64,000 nucleotides of DNA from an uncultured Anaerolineaceae bacterium (lineage in GTDB: Bacteria; Chloroflexota; Anaerolineae; Anaerolineales; UBA4823). The DNA lies in assembly GCA_964385625.1 (NCBI GenBank), contig CAYLPS010000010.1:31-64030 (forward strand). The letters are read 5' to 3'. Below the pieces are notes generated by a model. That model saw only the letters and a list, made by a program, of their open reading frames with translations. It ran no database searches and had not been told where the DNA came from. Position 1 is the stretch's first letter. Each line of letters opens with the position of its first letter. The translations under genes and the position numbers were made by a program. This document shows positions 9,002-17,546 of this stretch, piece after piece.

Positions 9002-9295
9002 GTGGCCAATGATAAACCTGATCAGAAAAAAGCCAATCAAGCCCTGCAATTGACCGACCGCTCTGAAGAAATGTGGGCCTCATCCGAAGCAGCTAAATCC
9101 CTCGAGCGTATGCGCGCCAACCCACGTATCAAATATATCGTCGTCGTCGTTCCAGAAGATGCCTGCCCCGCCTGCCAGAACCTCACCGGTACCTACCCCA
9201 AAGATCAGGTCCCCCACCTGCCCATCGAGCAATGCTCCCATCCGCTGGGATGCCGCGCTTATTATTTGCCTTATCTCGATGAGCTATTTCCCTGA
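9002..9295 (+). CDS. small hypothetical Cys-containing protein
   Basis: ORF with a GTG at 9002, 6 nt after GGAGG (8991-8995). Contains CPAC...CSHPLGC. Followed by an intrinsic terminator. Confidence 0.45.
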   Translation: MANDKPDQKKANQALQLTDRSEEMWASSEAAKSLERMRANPRIKYIVVVVPEDACPACQNLTGTYPKDQVPHLPIEQCSHPLGCRAYYLPYLDELFP

Positions 9296-9316
9296 GATTC
9301 TTCCCCATCATCTGTG

Positions 9317-9345
9317 CAGGCTGGCTTATGTCAGCCTGTTTTTTT
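9317..9345 (+). terminator. rho-independent terminator
   Basis: CAGGCTG-gcttatgt-CAGCCTG followed by T7. It overlaps the stop of the convergent cca gene. Confidence 0.6.
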
Positions 9346-10887
9346 ATCTAGCTCCTGTCTCATTAACCTTTCCGCCAGGTTGAAGGCTTCTTCTTGAGTA
9401 TGGATCTCTTGGTTGATTTGTGCCTCGCGGATCGCCTCCAGCATATATCCCACCAGCGGTCCCGGTGATATCCCCAAAGCTTTCATCAGATCCTTTCCAT
9501 CCACGATCGCTGCCGGGAATATTTCATCATCTTTACCCTCCCACCACGCTCCTAGCAGTCTTCGCACCACATCCAGGTGCCTTGCCCACCTGTCAGCCGG
9601 CAATGTAGGGCCATAGGTCGCCAGGATGTCCGCCAGCGAGATAATGCAGATATCCACTCCGGCTGCCCCGGTATCCCTGAAAAAATGATAGATTGCCTTA
9701 CGACTGGGTGTAGCCTCTCCGTGGGATAGCAGCGATGGCCGCATGTGGTGCCTTACGATCGTCACCAGGCGGTTGATTTCCAGGTTCGAGAGCTTTAATG
9801 CCAGCCCGCGTTGTTCAACCAGCTGGCTCCCCAAATGCTCGTGACCGATGAACCGGATCTTGCCACCAGCCTCCCCGCTCGCTGAGGCATTTTTACCCAC
9901 ATCATGATACAGTCCTGCCAGAAATAACAATCCCCGGTGAGGTCTGTCAGGGTTGAGTGCATTGTAGAGGTGTTCGCTCAGCGGTTGCCGGTAACGGCCA
10001 AGCTGCAGCGCAACCATGCCCATACCCAGGTTGGCGGTTTTGTCAGGGTCATAATCCAGCGTCAAAATCTCCAGCAAGCTATCCAACCTGGTTAAAAGAT
10101 CCAATGTGTGTTCCCAGGCGTCCATCACGTGGGGTGGACTTTGCACGACCCCCTTCAGCATGCACACCTCCGGTATGATGTACTCCAGCGCACCTGCCTG
10201 GTCCAGTAATCGCAGTGCTGTGCTCGCGTGTTCGAGTGCAAGGACGCGAAATAGCTCATCCCTTAATCGTTCGGCTGAAATTTCTGGTAGATGGGGCACC
10301 GCCTCCCTCATGCGGTGGAATGTTTCTACCACTATATTGAGCTTCAAGTCCACCGCAAACCTCGCTGCCCTCAAAATCCTCACCGGGTCATTCAAGAATG
10401 AGCCCGGAGTGCACGCACGCAAGCGCTTGTCGAGTAAATCCTGCGCTCCACCGAGTGGGTCTATCAGCTTGTCCAGCTTGTGTGCATCCAACGCCATCGC
10501 GTTGATGGTGAAGTCGCGCCCCTCTAAATCGCTCTCCAGATCTTTTCCCTGGTACGCGGATACATCCAACTTGGTGCTGTGCCTCGTCGGTCCTTCTGGT
10601 TCCGCCTCCACTTTTAGCACCACCCTGGCTACTTTCCTCCTCGTATCCAGGGGAAAATATGCACCCCCCAGGTCATTCGCCAGTTTTCTGGCGATTTTAA
10701 GCGCCTCCCCACCGGTGACGAAGTCCAGGTCGTAGCTCTGCCGCTTCAGCAAGCTATCTCTCACCACCCCACCCACCAGGTAGATGGGTACCCCCTGCGG
10801 CAACCAGGGGATGATCCGCTTTAACAATGGCTGGTGTAATGGGTCTTCAAAATTATTCATTTCTGGATATCGGATTGCTTCCGGCAA
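9331..10887 (-). CDS. cca: CCA-adding tRNA nucleotidyltransferase / poly(A) polymerase family protein with HD domain
   Basis: YLVGGVVRDSLL...DLDF head domain, RDFTINAMA, and an HD region LYHDVGK. An alternative start at 10860 (MNNF) is possible. Confidence 0.8.
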   Translation of the reverse strand: MPEAIRYPEMNNFEDPLHQPLLKRIIPWLPQGVPIYLVGGVVRDSLLKRQSYDLDFVTGGEALKIARKLANDLGGAYFPLDTRRKVARVVLKVEAEPEGPTRHSTKLDVSAYQGKDLESDLEGRDFTINAMALDAHKLDKLIDPLGGAQDLLDKRLRACTPGSFLNDPVRILRAARFAVDLKLNIVVETFHRMREAVPHLPEISAERLRDELFRVLALEHASTALRLLDQAGALEYIIPEVCMLKGVVQSPPHVMDAWEHTLDLLTRLDSLLEILTLDYDPDKTANLGMGMVALQLGRYRQPLSEHLYNALNPDRPHRGLLFLAGLYHDVGKNASASGEAGGKIRFIGHEHLGSQLVEQRGLALKLSNLEINRLVTIVRHHMRPSLLSHGEATPSRKAIYHFFRDTGAAGVDICIISLADILATYGPTLPADRWARHLDVVRRLLGAWWEGKDDEIFPAAIVDGKDLMKALGISPGPLVGYMLEAIREAQINQEIHTQEEAFNLAERLMRQELDKKTG

Positions 10888-10901
10888 TCACCTGCTCTGC
10901 T

Positions 10902-11459
10902 TTATTCGTCCGGCTCATACTTTTCTGCTGCCAATACTCCAATGAAAGGCAGGTTGCGATAATACTCATCCGCATCCAGCCCGTAACCGAAAACAAATTT
11001 ATCGGGGATTACAAAGCCACGATAATCGATCTGCACCTCCACTTCCCGGCGCTCAGCTTTATCTAGTAATGCGCACACCTTCAGGCTCCTCGGCTGCCTG
11101 GCACTCAACATCTCCATTACGGCTTTCACCGTGTAGCCGCTGTCAACAATATCCTCCACCAGCAATACATGCATGTTGTGGATGTCGGTATTGATATCCA
11201 GCGTGATGCGCGATTGCCCTCTCGAGCGACGCGCGCCCACCCCATAGGATGAAACCGCCATGAAATCGATCATGTGCGGGATGGTGATATGCCGCATCAG
11301 GTCGGTCAGGAACATCACTCCCCCCCTTAAAATGCACACCAGCAGCAGCTCATGCCCCTGGTAATCCCGGCTGATTTGTGCGCCCATCTCGGCTATTCGG
11401 TTTTGAAGCTCCTCCTGGGTGATTAATATTTCTTCCAGGAATTCATGGTAATCTTGCAT
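10902..11459 (-). CDS. hpt: hypoxanthine phosphoribosyltransferase
   Basis: LLVCILRGG..., PRPP motif VLLVEDIVDSGYT, FVFGYGLD. Confidence 0.9.
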   Translation of the reverse strand: MQDYHEFLEEILITQEELQNRIAEMGAQISRDYQGHELLLVCILRGGVMFLTDLMRHITIPHMIDFMAVSSYGVGARRSRGQSRITLDINTDIHNMHVLLVEDIVDSGYTVKAVMEMLSARQPRSLKVCALLDKAERREVEVQIDYRGFVIPDKFVFGYGLDADEYYRNLPFIGVLAAEKYEPDE

Positions 11460-11462
11460 GGC

Positions 11463-12035
11463 TCACTCCTTGGGCACTTCGTGGTGCTTGCGGCAGCGTG
11501 CTTCGTACATCTCCGCTGCCCCGATGATCACGACTGGTTCATCATAACGGGCTGGCTTTCCATTAATGATGCGTTGCGTGCGTGATGCCGGCTCCCCGCA
11601 TACCATGCAGATGGCTTGTAATTTATCCACATGTTCTGCCTTGGCCATCAGCACCGGCATGGGCCCGAATGGTTCCCCCCTGAAATCCGTATCCAGCCCT
11701 GCTACGATCACCCTTATACCTTGGTCTGCTAGTTGCTGGACGATATCGATGAGTTGGTCATCGAAAAATTGGGCTTCATCGATCGCTACCACGGTCGCTT
11801 CGTGGTCAAGTTGGGTTATTATCTCTCCTGCCTGTTCGATGGGTATGGCTTCAAAATCATTCCCTGCATGCGAAGTGACCTTCCGTTCCGCATAGCGGAA
11901 ATCTATCGCCGGCTTGAACACCTGTACTTTTTGGCGCGCGATCGTAGCCCTGCGTAGCCGCCGAATCAGCTCGTCCGTCTTCCCGCAAAACATTGAGCCG
12001 GTGATAACCTCCACCGAACCTGTACGACGCTCCAT
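11463..12035 (-). CDS. tdk: thymidine kinase
   Basis: P-loop [24 protein letters not shown], and a C-terminal zinc motif CMVCGEPA... Confidence 0.9.
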   Translation of the reverse strand: MERRTGSVEVITGSMFCGKTDELIRRLRRATIARQKVQVFKPAIDFRYAERKVTSHAGNDFEAIPIEQAGEIITQLDHEATVVAIDEAQFFDDQLIDIVQQLADQGIRVIVAGLDTDFRGEPFGPMPVLMAKAEHVDKLQAICMVCGEPASRTQRIINGKPARYDEPVVIIGAAEMYEARCRKHHEVPKE

Positions 12036-12086
12036 ACTTTCCTCCTCATTTTTCTGATACTATAATCATCCACTATTGTATTAGCA

Positions 12087-12117
12087 AACAGGCAGGCGCG
12101 GGTGGCGTCTGCCTGTT
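12087..12117 (-). terminator. hairpin downstream of rpmE (possible terminator)
   Basis: AACAGGCAG-13 nt-CTGCCTGTT. Only a weak U-tract follows on the minus strand. Confidence 0.4.
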
Positions 12118-12148
12118 AAGTTTATCCGGATTTATATTTGTTGCAAGC

Positions 12149-12622
12149 CTAAACCTTGATTTCCTGGGCAGCTTCAGGTAGCTCATAACCGAATTGGCGC
12201 AGTTTCTTCTTTAGGTCTGCCAGTGACTTCCTGCCAAAACCATCAACCGCCAGAATACCTGCCTCGCCATTCTCAAGCAGCGTCATCACGTCCCCAACCG
12301 TGTTGACATTGGCTTTTGCCAGCGCCTCCGTCGCACGTGTACCCAGGCCAAGCTCGCTGACCGGTCGTTCAGGTGAGGTGCGTGCTTGTTCGCGCGCTGC
12401 TATATCATCGATATATTGCTGGCGGGCTTGTAATTTTTTATAGAACCGGTCTACCTGTCCTTCAGTGTCGACAATTCGCTGCTCACCGGTGTAAAATGGG
12501 TGGCATTTTGAGCAAACATCGGTATGGATTACTTTCTTGGTCGATCCGGTTGTCCAGGTGTTCCCGCACGCACAGATCACCTGTGCATCAGGGTAATATT
12601 CCGGGTGGATACCTTCTTTCAT
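12149..12622 (-). CDS. rpmE: 50S ribosomal protein L31 (zinc-ribbon type) with C-terminal RpoA-alphaCTD-like helix-hairpin-helix extension
   Basis: [10 protein letters not shown]...CACGN...[15 protein letters not shown] is the canonical L31 core. It is followed by ~85 extra residues, [26 protein letters not shown]...[23 protein letters not shown]. Start taken at the ATG at 12622. Confidence 0.85.
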   Translation of the reverse strand: MKEGIHPEYYPDAQVICACGNTWTTGSTKKVIHTDVCSKCHPFYTGEQRIVDTEGQVDRFYKKLQARQQYIDDIAAREQARTSPERPVSELGLGTRATEALAKANVNTVGDVMTLLENGEAGILAVDGFGRKSLADLKKKLRQFGYELPEAAQEIKV

Positions 12623-12653
12623 AATAACATTCCTTTCACTTCTCAAGCCCTGC

Positions 12654-12935
12654 TCAGGCAGGTTTGAGTTCTTTGTCAGCTTCGCCTGGCATGATGCTCA
12701 CCATCTTTCGATTATCTCGGATGGTCTCATACACCACATAACCATCGATCGTGGCGAACAACGTATCATCCTTGCCCACCATCACATGCGAGCCAGGTTT
12801 GATGCGTGTGCCCCGCTGCCGCACGAGGATGTTGCCGGCTCTCACGAACTCGCCGCCGTATTTCTTCACTCCCAGGCGCTGCCCCTGGCTGTCACGACCA
12901 TTGCGGCTCGAGCCGCCACCTTTTTTATGTGCCAT
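12654..12935 (-). CDS. rpmA: 50S ribosomal protein L27
   Basis: [24 protein letters not shown]... is the canonical L27 N-terminus. Confidence 0.95.
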   Translation of the reverse strand: MAHKKGGGSSRNGRDSQGQRLGVKKYGGEFVRAGNILVRQRGTRIKPGSHVMVGKDDTLFATIDGYVVYETIRDNRKMVSIMPGEADKELKPA

Positions 12936-12945
12936 TTTCTATCTC

Positions 12946-13260
12946 CTACTCTTCAATCGCATCGATTCGGACGCGGGTATATTTTTGCCGGTGACCTGTT
13001 TTCGAGCGGATTCGTTCTTTGGCCTTATAGCGAAAAACCACTACCTTGGGCCCTTTCACCTGCGCTATAACTGTGCCTTGAATTTTCGCTCCCTCGACAA
13101 AGGGGGTTCCAACTTTGATGTTCTCGCCATCTGAGATGAGCAGCACATGATCCAGGTCGATCTCTTCACCCACCTCCAGTGGATAGCGGTCCACCTCGAT
13201 GGTATCACCAATGGCGGCACGATATTGTTTTCCGCCATCTTCAACAATGGCATACTTCAT
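12946..13260 (-). CDS. rplU: 50S ribosomal protein L21
   Basis: [15 protein letters not shown]...[26 protein letters not shown]. Confidence 0.95.
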   Translation of the reverse strand: MKYAIVEDGGKQYRAAIGDTIEVDRYPLEVGEEIDLDHVLLISDGENIKVGTPFVEGAKIQGTVIAQVKGPKVVVFRYKAKERIRSKTGHRQKYTRVRIDAIEE

Positions 13261-13451
13261 AAGCTTCCTCCAAGCTTCACTTCACCAGAAGGCCTGCGTA
13301 TCAGATTAGCTGGGAACTATTCCAGCATCACGCCGGCCTTTCGGGGAAGTTGGGGATATAATTGACCAGTCTCGATGTTAACCTGGCGCTTGTAAATTCA
13401 CAAATAACAGCCCCAGCGATCCTGCCGGGGCAGTGCGGGCTGAATTATAAT
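13261..13451 (-). promoter_or_regulatory. putative promoter and structured 5' leader of the rplU-rpmA operon
   Basis: A minus-strand TATAAT-like box lies near 13445-13451. About 180 nt of leader contains GC-rich hairpins (e.g. CAGCCC...GGGGCTG). A role as an r-protein autoregulatory leader is inference only. Confidence 0.3.
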
Positions 13452-13612
13452 AGCGATGTTTTTTCCTGTCAATTCATTAATCAAAGTACTTTTGTATCTT
13501 TCCTAATATGACAGTTTACACTGGTAGTATTACTAATTGTTATAGATAATTTAGTGTGAATATATCCGAATTAAGTTGTCCGTAGTTTGCGGCAAATCTA
13601 GGAGGTACAGTC

Positions 13613-13867
13613 ATGCCCGTTAAGGGATGGATTGAGGTCGATGAGGTTTTTTGTAAAGGTTGTGAGCTATGTGTCAATGAATGCCCGCAACATGTTATGG
13701 CGCTGGACCTGGATCGGCTAACCGCTAAAGGTTACCATCCGGTCAGGTTGATCAAGGAAGGCTGTACAGGTTGTGGCATCTGCGCCATCATCTGCCCTGA
13801 AGCAGCCCTTACCGTCTATCGTGAGGCACCTGTAAAAACCTCCAAAGTTGAATCGACAACTACATAG
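13613..13867 (+). CDS. 2-oxoacid:ferredoxin oxidoreductase delta subunit (2x[4Fe-4S] ferredoxin)
   Basis: CKGCELCVNECP and CTGCGICAIICP motifs. First gene of a four-gene OFOR operon, preceded by AGGAGG. Confidence 0.8.
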   Translation: MPVKGWIEVDEVFCKGCELCVNECPQHVMALDLDRLTAKGYHPVRLIKEGCTGCGICAIICPEAALTVYREAPVKTSKVESTTT

Positions 13868-13877
13868 GAGTAGATCC

Positions 13878-15002
13878 ATGGCCAAAGAATTTCTTGAAGG
13901 CAACTTCGCCATGGCTGAAGCAGCGGTTCGCGCCGGTGTGGAAGCTTATTTTGGTTACCCTATCACCCCTCAAACCGAATTACTGGAATGGATGTCTCAC
14001 CGCATGCCTGAGCTGAAGCGCACCTTCCTGCAGGCCGAGAGCGAGGTGGCCGCTATCAATATGGTTTATGGCGCTGCCTGCACTGGTGCACGTGTGATGA
14101 GCTCTTCCTCCAGCCCAGGGGTCAGCCTGATGCAGGAAGGCCTTTCCTACATCGCCGGCACAGAAGTGCCCATGGTGCTCATCGATGTCGTGCGTGGTGG
14201 GCCTGGCCTCGGTAATATTGCTCCCTCCCAGGGCGATTATAACCAGCTCGTTCATGGGGGTGGGCATGGTGATTATCATCCCATTGTCCTGGCTCCCGCT
14301 TCCGTGCAGGAGGCTATCGACCTCACCGTGCTGGCTTTCGACCTGGCAGAAAAATATCGCAATATCTGCATGGTGATGGCCGATGGCAGCATTGGGCAAA
14401 TGATGGAGCCTGCTGAGCTGCCACCCATGCGCCCCTTGCGAACCACCACACCCGATTGGGCTACCGACGGTTGCCTGGGACGTGACCCGCGTATCCTCAC
14501 TTCGATCCTCATCGATCCACCCCTCGAAGAAGTGTTCAACCACAAGATTCTGGATACCTGGTACCGCATCATAGGCAATGAGATTCGTTACAAGGAATAC
14601 TATCTGGATGATGCCGAGTACGTGGTGATCGGTTTTGGCACCGCCGGACGTATCGCCCTCACCGCCGTGCGTAATGCCCGCGCCGAGGGCATCAAGGTTG
14701 GCCTGTTCCGCCCCATCTCGCTCAGTCCTTTCCCCTTCCAGCAAATTGAACAGCTGGCTAAAACCGCTCAGGGTATCCTGGTTACCGAGATGAATACCGG
14801 TCAGATGCTGGAAGATGTGAAAATGGCGGTGAAGGGTCGTGTGCCCATCGAGTTTTACGCCCGGGTGGGCGGGATTGTTCCCTACCCGGATGAGATCCTC
14901 GGTGAGATTAAACGCCTTGTCTACGAGCCAAAATCCCCTGATGGTGACCCGCGCCAGCGCTGGATGCAGCGTATAAAAGATGGCGTCATCACCCTGTCAT
15001 AA
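13878..15002 (+). CDS. 2-oxoacid:ferredoxin oxidoreductase alpha subunit
   Basis: [28 protein letters not shown] is typical of KorA/PorA/VorA. I prefer the ATG at 13878, which follows GGAG, over the ORF-track start at 13848. Confidence 0.85.
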   Translation: MAKEFLEGNFAMAEAAVRAGVEAYFGYPITPQTELLEWMSHRMPELKRTFLQAESEVAAINMVYGAACTGARVMSSSSSPGVSLMQEGLSYIAGTEVPMVLIDVVRGGPGLGNIAPSQGDYNQLVHGGGHGDYHPIVLAPASVQEAIDLTVLAFDLAEKYRNICMVMADGSIGQMMEPAELPPMRPLRTTTPDWATDGCLGRDPRILTSILIDPPLEEVFNHKILDTWYRIIGNEIRYKEYYLDDAEYVVIGFGTAGRIALTAVRNARAEGIKVGLFRPISLSPFPFQQIEQLAKTAQGILVTEMNTGQMLEDVKMAVKGRVPIEFYARVGGIVPYPDEILGEIKRLVYEPKSPDGDPRQRWMQRIKDGVITLS

Positions 15003-15016
15003 ATAAGGATGAGATC

Positions 15017-15799
15017 ATGGAAACTCCTCTTAATACTGAAGTCGTAACGGTGTACAAACGCCCTGCTTCGTTGTCTCGCACGCCCACCCACTACTGCCCT
15101 GGCTGCACCCATGGCATCGCCCATCGCCTGATAGCCGAGGTTATAGATGAGATGGACATTCGCGAGAAGACCATTGGCGTGGCGCCGGTAGGTTGTGCAG
15201 TTTTTGCCTACAACTATTTTAATTTTGATTGGGTCGAAGCAGCTCATGGGCGAGCCCCAGCCATGGCAACCGGTATGAAGCGTCTCCTGACTGATCGCTT
15301 TATCTTCACCTACCAGGGCGATGGCGACCTGGCTTCCATCGGCATGAGCGAGATCATGCACGTTGCCGGGCGCGGCGAGAATATCACCGTCATCTTCATC
15401 AATAACGCCATATATGGCATGACCGGCGGTCAAATGGCTCCCACTACCCTGCCGGGTCAGAAAACCACCACCTCCCGCAATGGTCGTGATGTGGAAATGC
15501 AGGGTTATCCCCTGCATATGTCCGAAGTGCTATCCAGGATGGATGGCGCAGGCTACGTTGTACGACGCAGCCTGCACGACCCCAAGAACATCCGCCTGGC
15601 CAGGAAAGCCATCCGCACCGCTTTTGAGGCTCAGAAGCGCGGCTTGGGCTTCTCGATGGTGGAGTTGCTCTCCACCTGCAATACAAACTGGGGTATGACC
15701 GTGCAGGATGCGATGAAATGGATTGAGCAATATATGATCCCGGTTTTTCCGGTCATGGATTTCAAGGTTTCTTCCGGTCTCGACGGTTTCAAGGCTTGA
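15017..15799 (+). CDS. 2-oxoacid:ferredoxin oxidoreductase beta subunit (TPP-binding)
   Basis: YCPGCTHG..., GDGD...[14 protein letters not shown] motif. Confidence 0.85.
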   Translation: METPLNTEVVTVYKRPASLSRTPTHYCPGCTHGIAHRLIAEVIDEMDIREKTIGVAPVGCAVFAYNYFNFDWVEAAHGRAPAMATGMKRLLTDRFIFTYQGDGDLASIGMSEIMHVAGRGENITVIFINNAIYGMTGGQMAPTTLPGQKTTTSRNGRDVEMQGYPLHMSEVLSRMDGAGYVVRRSLHDPKNIRLARKAIRTAFEAQKRGLGFSMVELLSTCNTNWGMTVQDAMKWIEQYMIPVFPVMDFKVSSGLDGFKA

Positions 15800-15814
15800 G
15801 AAAGGGAATATTCA

Positions 15815-16423
15815 ATGCAGAAAGAAGTGATTTTTTCTGGGTTTGGTGGCCAGGGAGCGCTCTTCGCTGGCCAGGTGCTGGCATTCGCTGCCATGGACTC
15901 CGGTTATGATGTCACCTGGATGCCTTCCTACGGGCCTGAGATGCGCGGTGGCACGGCCAATTGCACCGTGGTGATCGCCGATGAAGAGATCGGTTCTCCC
16001 ACCGTCAAGCACCCCACGGCTGCCGTGGTGATGAATCTGCCCTCCCTGGATAAGTTTGAGCCCCTGGTCGCTTCAGGTGGTGCTTTGATTGTTAACTCTT
16101 CCCTGGTTAACCGCGATCCAACCCGCCAAGACATCACCTGGTTGATGATCCCTGCCCAGGAGATTGCTGAAACTATTGGCCCGCGCCGGTTGTTAAACAT
16201 GGTCATGTTGGGCGCTCTGATAGATAAGCTCCCCATTCTACCTCTGAAGGCCATCAAAGATTCTCTGTCTACCCACCTCCCCGAGCGTCATAAAGACTTG
16301 TTGAAAAGCAATCTGGATGCTCTCGATCGGGGTGCAGCTTTCTCCCGGGGTGAGCTCAAGATGGAGCCCGCCATCCATGCAGCTCAGGAATCCACGGAGA
16401 CCATACCCCCCACCTCTGTTTGA
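15815..16423 (+). CDS. 2-oxoacid:ferredoxin oxidoreductase gamma subunit
   Basis: FSGFGGQGALFAGQVLA...SYGPEMRGGTANC is the typical gamma-subunit signature. Confidence 0.85.
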   Translation: MQKEVIFSGFGGQGALFAGQVLAFAAMDSGYDVTWMPSYGPEMRGGTANCTVVIADEEIGSPTVKHPTAAVVMNLPSLDKFEPLVASGGALIVNSSLVNRDPTRQDITWLMIPAQEIAETIGPRRLLNMVMLGALIDKLPILPLKAIKDSLSTHLPERHKDLLKSNLDALDRGAAFSRGELKMEPAIHAAQESTETIPPTSV

Positions 16424-16441
16424 ACCTGGAATGCGCTCTGG

Positions 16442-17185
16442 TTGTATTATCAGCATGAGGGACTCCTCGTGATCGAGCCAAAACCAGCCCTGCAGAGCCT
16501 GGGTTTTTTAAGTTTCTCTATAGCCCTGTTCTTGGGTATGTTGCTCACTCTTGCGCGGGTCTGGCCGGATTCTGAAGCTACGATGTATGGGTTTGTCAAA
16601 TATGGTCATCCCCGCATCACCTCCTTCAAATGCCCTCCTCTGATGACTTCATCCGATCATGATTCTGTAACCCTCAAGTTACAGAATAACCTGGATAAGC
16701 CGATAACTTGGTATGTGAATGCTCAGATCACTTCTGATGTTCTCATCAATTCATTCAATGATACCCTGCAATTGCAACCGGGAGAATCCCGCTTGCTTTC
16801 CTGGCAAATCGACAGTAGCAATATCACCTTGGGGAATTTCATCCTTGCCCACATATTTACTTCAGCAACAATGGCCAACGGCATGCGTGAAGCTACCTGT
16901 GGGACATTCGTCCTTAAGCTGCCTTTTACAGGTGGAACTACGGTTTACTATACCGCAAGCGGACTGACAGCCGTGGGTCTGGGATTGGGTCTATGGTTAT
17001 GGAGGCGCCACACCCGGCTTAGCGAGTCACATCTCGTCTCGCAATTCAACTGGATGCGTTTTGTGGCTGTTCTTACCGCTGTCAGCATTGTGGTAAGCTA
17101 CGAGGGTTTGTGGTTTCCTGCCCTATTATGCCTGCTTCTCATCCTCCTCGCCACCAGTGTCTTCCTGATTCCGCGAAAAATTTAA
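16442..17185 (+). CDS. hypothetical membrane protein
   Basis: N-terminal and C-terminal hydrophobic helices flank a ~130-aa soluble segment. The start codon is uncertain (TTG in the ORF track). Confidence 0.45.
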   Translation: MYYQHEGLLVIEPKPALQSLGFLSFSIALFLGMLLTLARVWPDSEATMYGFVKYGHPRITSFKCPPLMTSSDHDSVTLKLQNNLDKPITWYVNAQITSDVLINSFNDTLQLQPGESRLLSWQIDSSNITLGNFILAHIFTSATMANGMREATCGTFVLKLPFTGGTTVYYTASGLTAVGLGLGLWLWRRHTRLSESHLVSQFNWMRFVAVLTAVSIVVSYEGLWFPALLCLLLILLATSVFLIPRKI

Positions 17186-17219
17186 CATCCCCGAACCTCC
17201 CACCTAAGGGCCCCCCATC

Positions 17220-17393
17220 AAGTTCATCTTTCGACCGGTTATTTACCCATCCATCATGACCCCGGTTATCCTTCGTCCACACTCGGGTCGCTTTTTCGAT
17301 TCCGTGTAGGGGACTCCCACTAAGTTCATTCTTTGATCAGTTATTCACCCAGCTATCGTTACCCTTGTTATCCTTCGCCGCTACACGGGTCGC
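17220..17393. repeat. two imperfect tandem ~72-nt units (period 102 nt) ending in GGGTCGC(CCCTAC)
   Basis: 17220-17291 versus 17322-17393 are 55/72 identical by hand count. Both start AAGTTCAT and end CGGGTCGC. GTAGGGG-type half-palindromes lie alongside. Confidence 0.6.
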
Positions 17394-17488
17394 CCCTACC
17401 AAGACCTTACCTGCTACCTTTTTACGTAAACCTCCACCATTCAAGGCTGTGTTATTACATGAGAAATCTTAATATTTTTACCAAAGCC

Positions 17489-17546
17489 CTTAAACCTCTT
17501 GTGGATTAGAACATTTGTGCTATAATTAGAACGTAATTACTCATTG
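17489..17546 (+). promoter_or_regulatory. promoter-like core, copy A (TTGTGG-16 nt-TGcTATAAT) with overlapping operator-like motifs
   Basis: -35 at 17499-17504 and extended -10 at 17518-17526. The core is 51/58 identical to the reverse complement of 42803-42860. Confidence 0.5.

Noticed and set aside
13848-13877. The upstream start for the OFOR alpha subunit given in the ORF track. Similar N-terminal extensions were given for lon (39154), tilS (45987), the HAD hydrolase (50755), the CoA-transferase (51480), the PfkB kinase (59245), the recombinase-like gene (43555) and rpmE (12646).
   Set aside because: In each case an internal ATG or GTG is preceded by a better SD-like sequence, matches the conserved family N-terminus, or avoids reading through a terminator or the neighbouring gene. 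The extended versions add non-conserved residues.
17220-17393. The tandem repeats as a CRISPR array.
   Set aside because: There are only two units, about 76% identical and about 72 nt long, separated by a 30-nt linker. There are no cas genes and no regular repeat-spacer periodicity.
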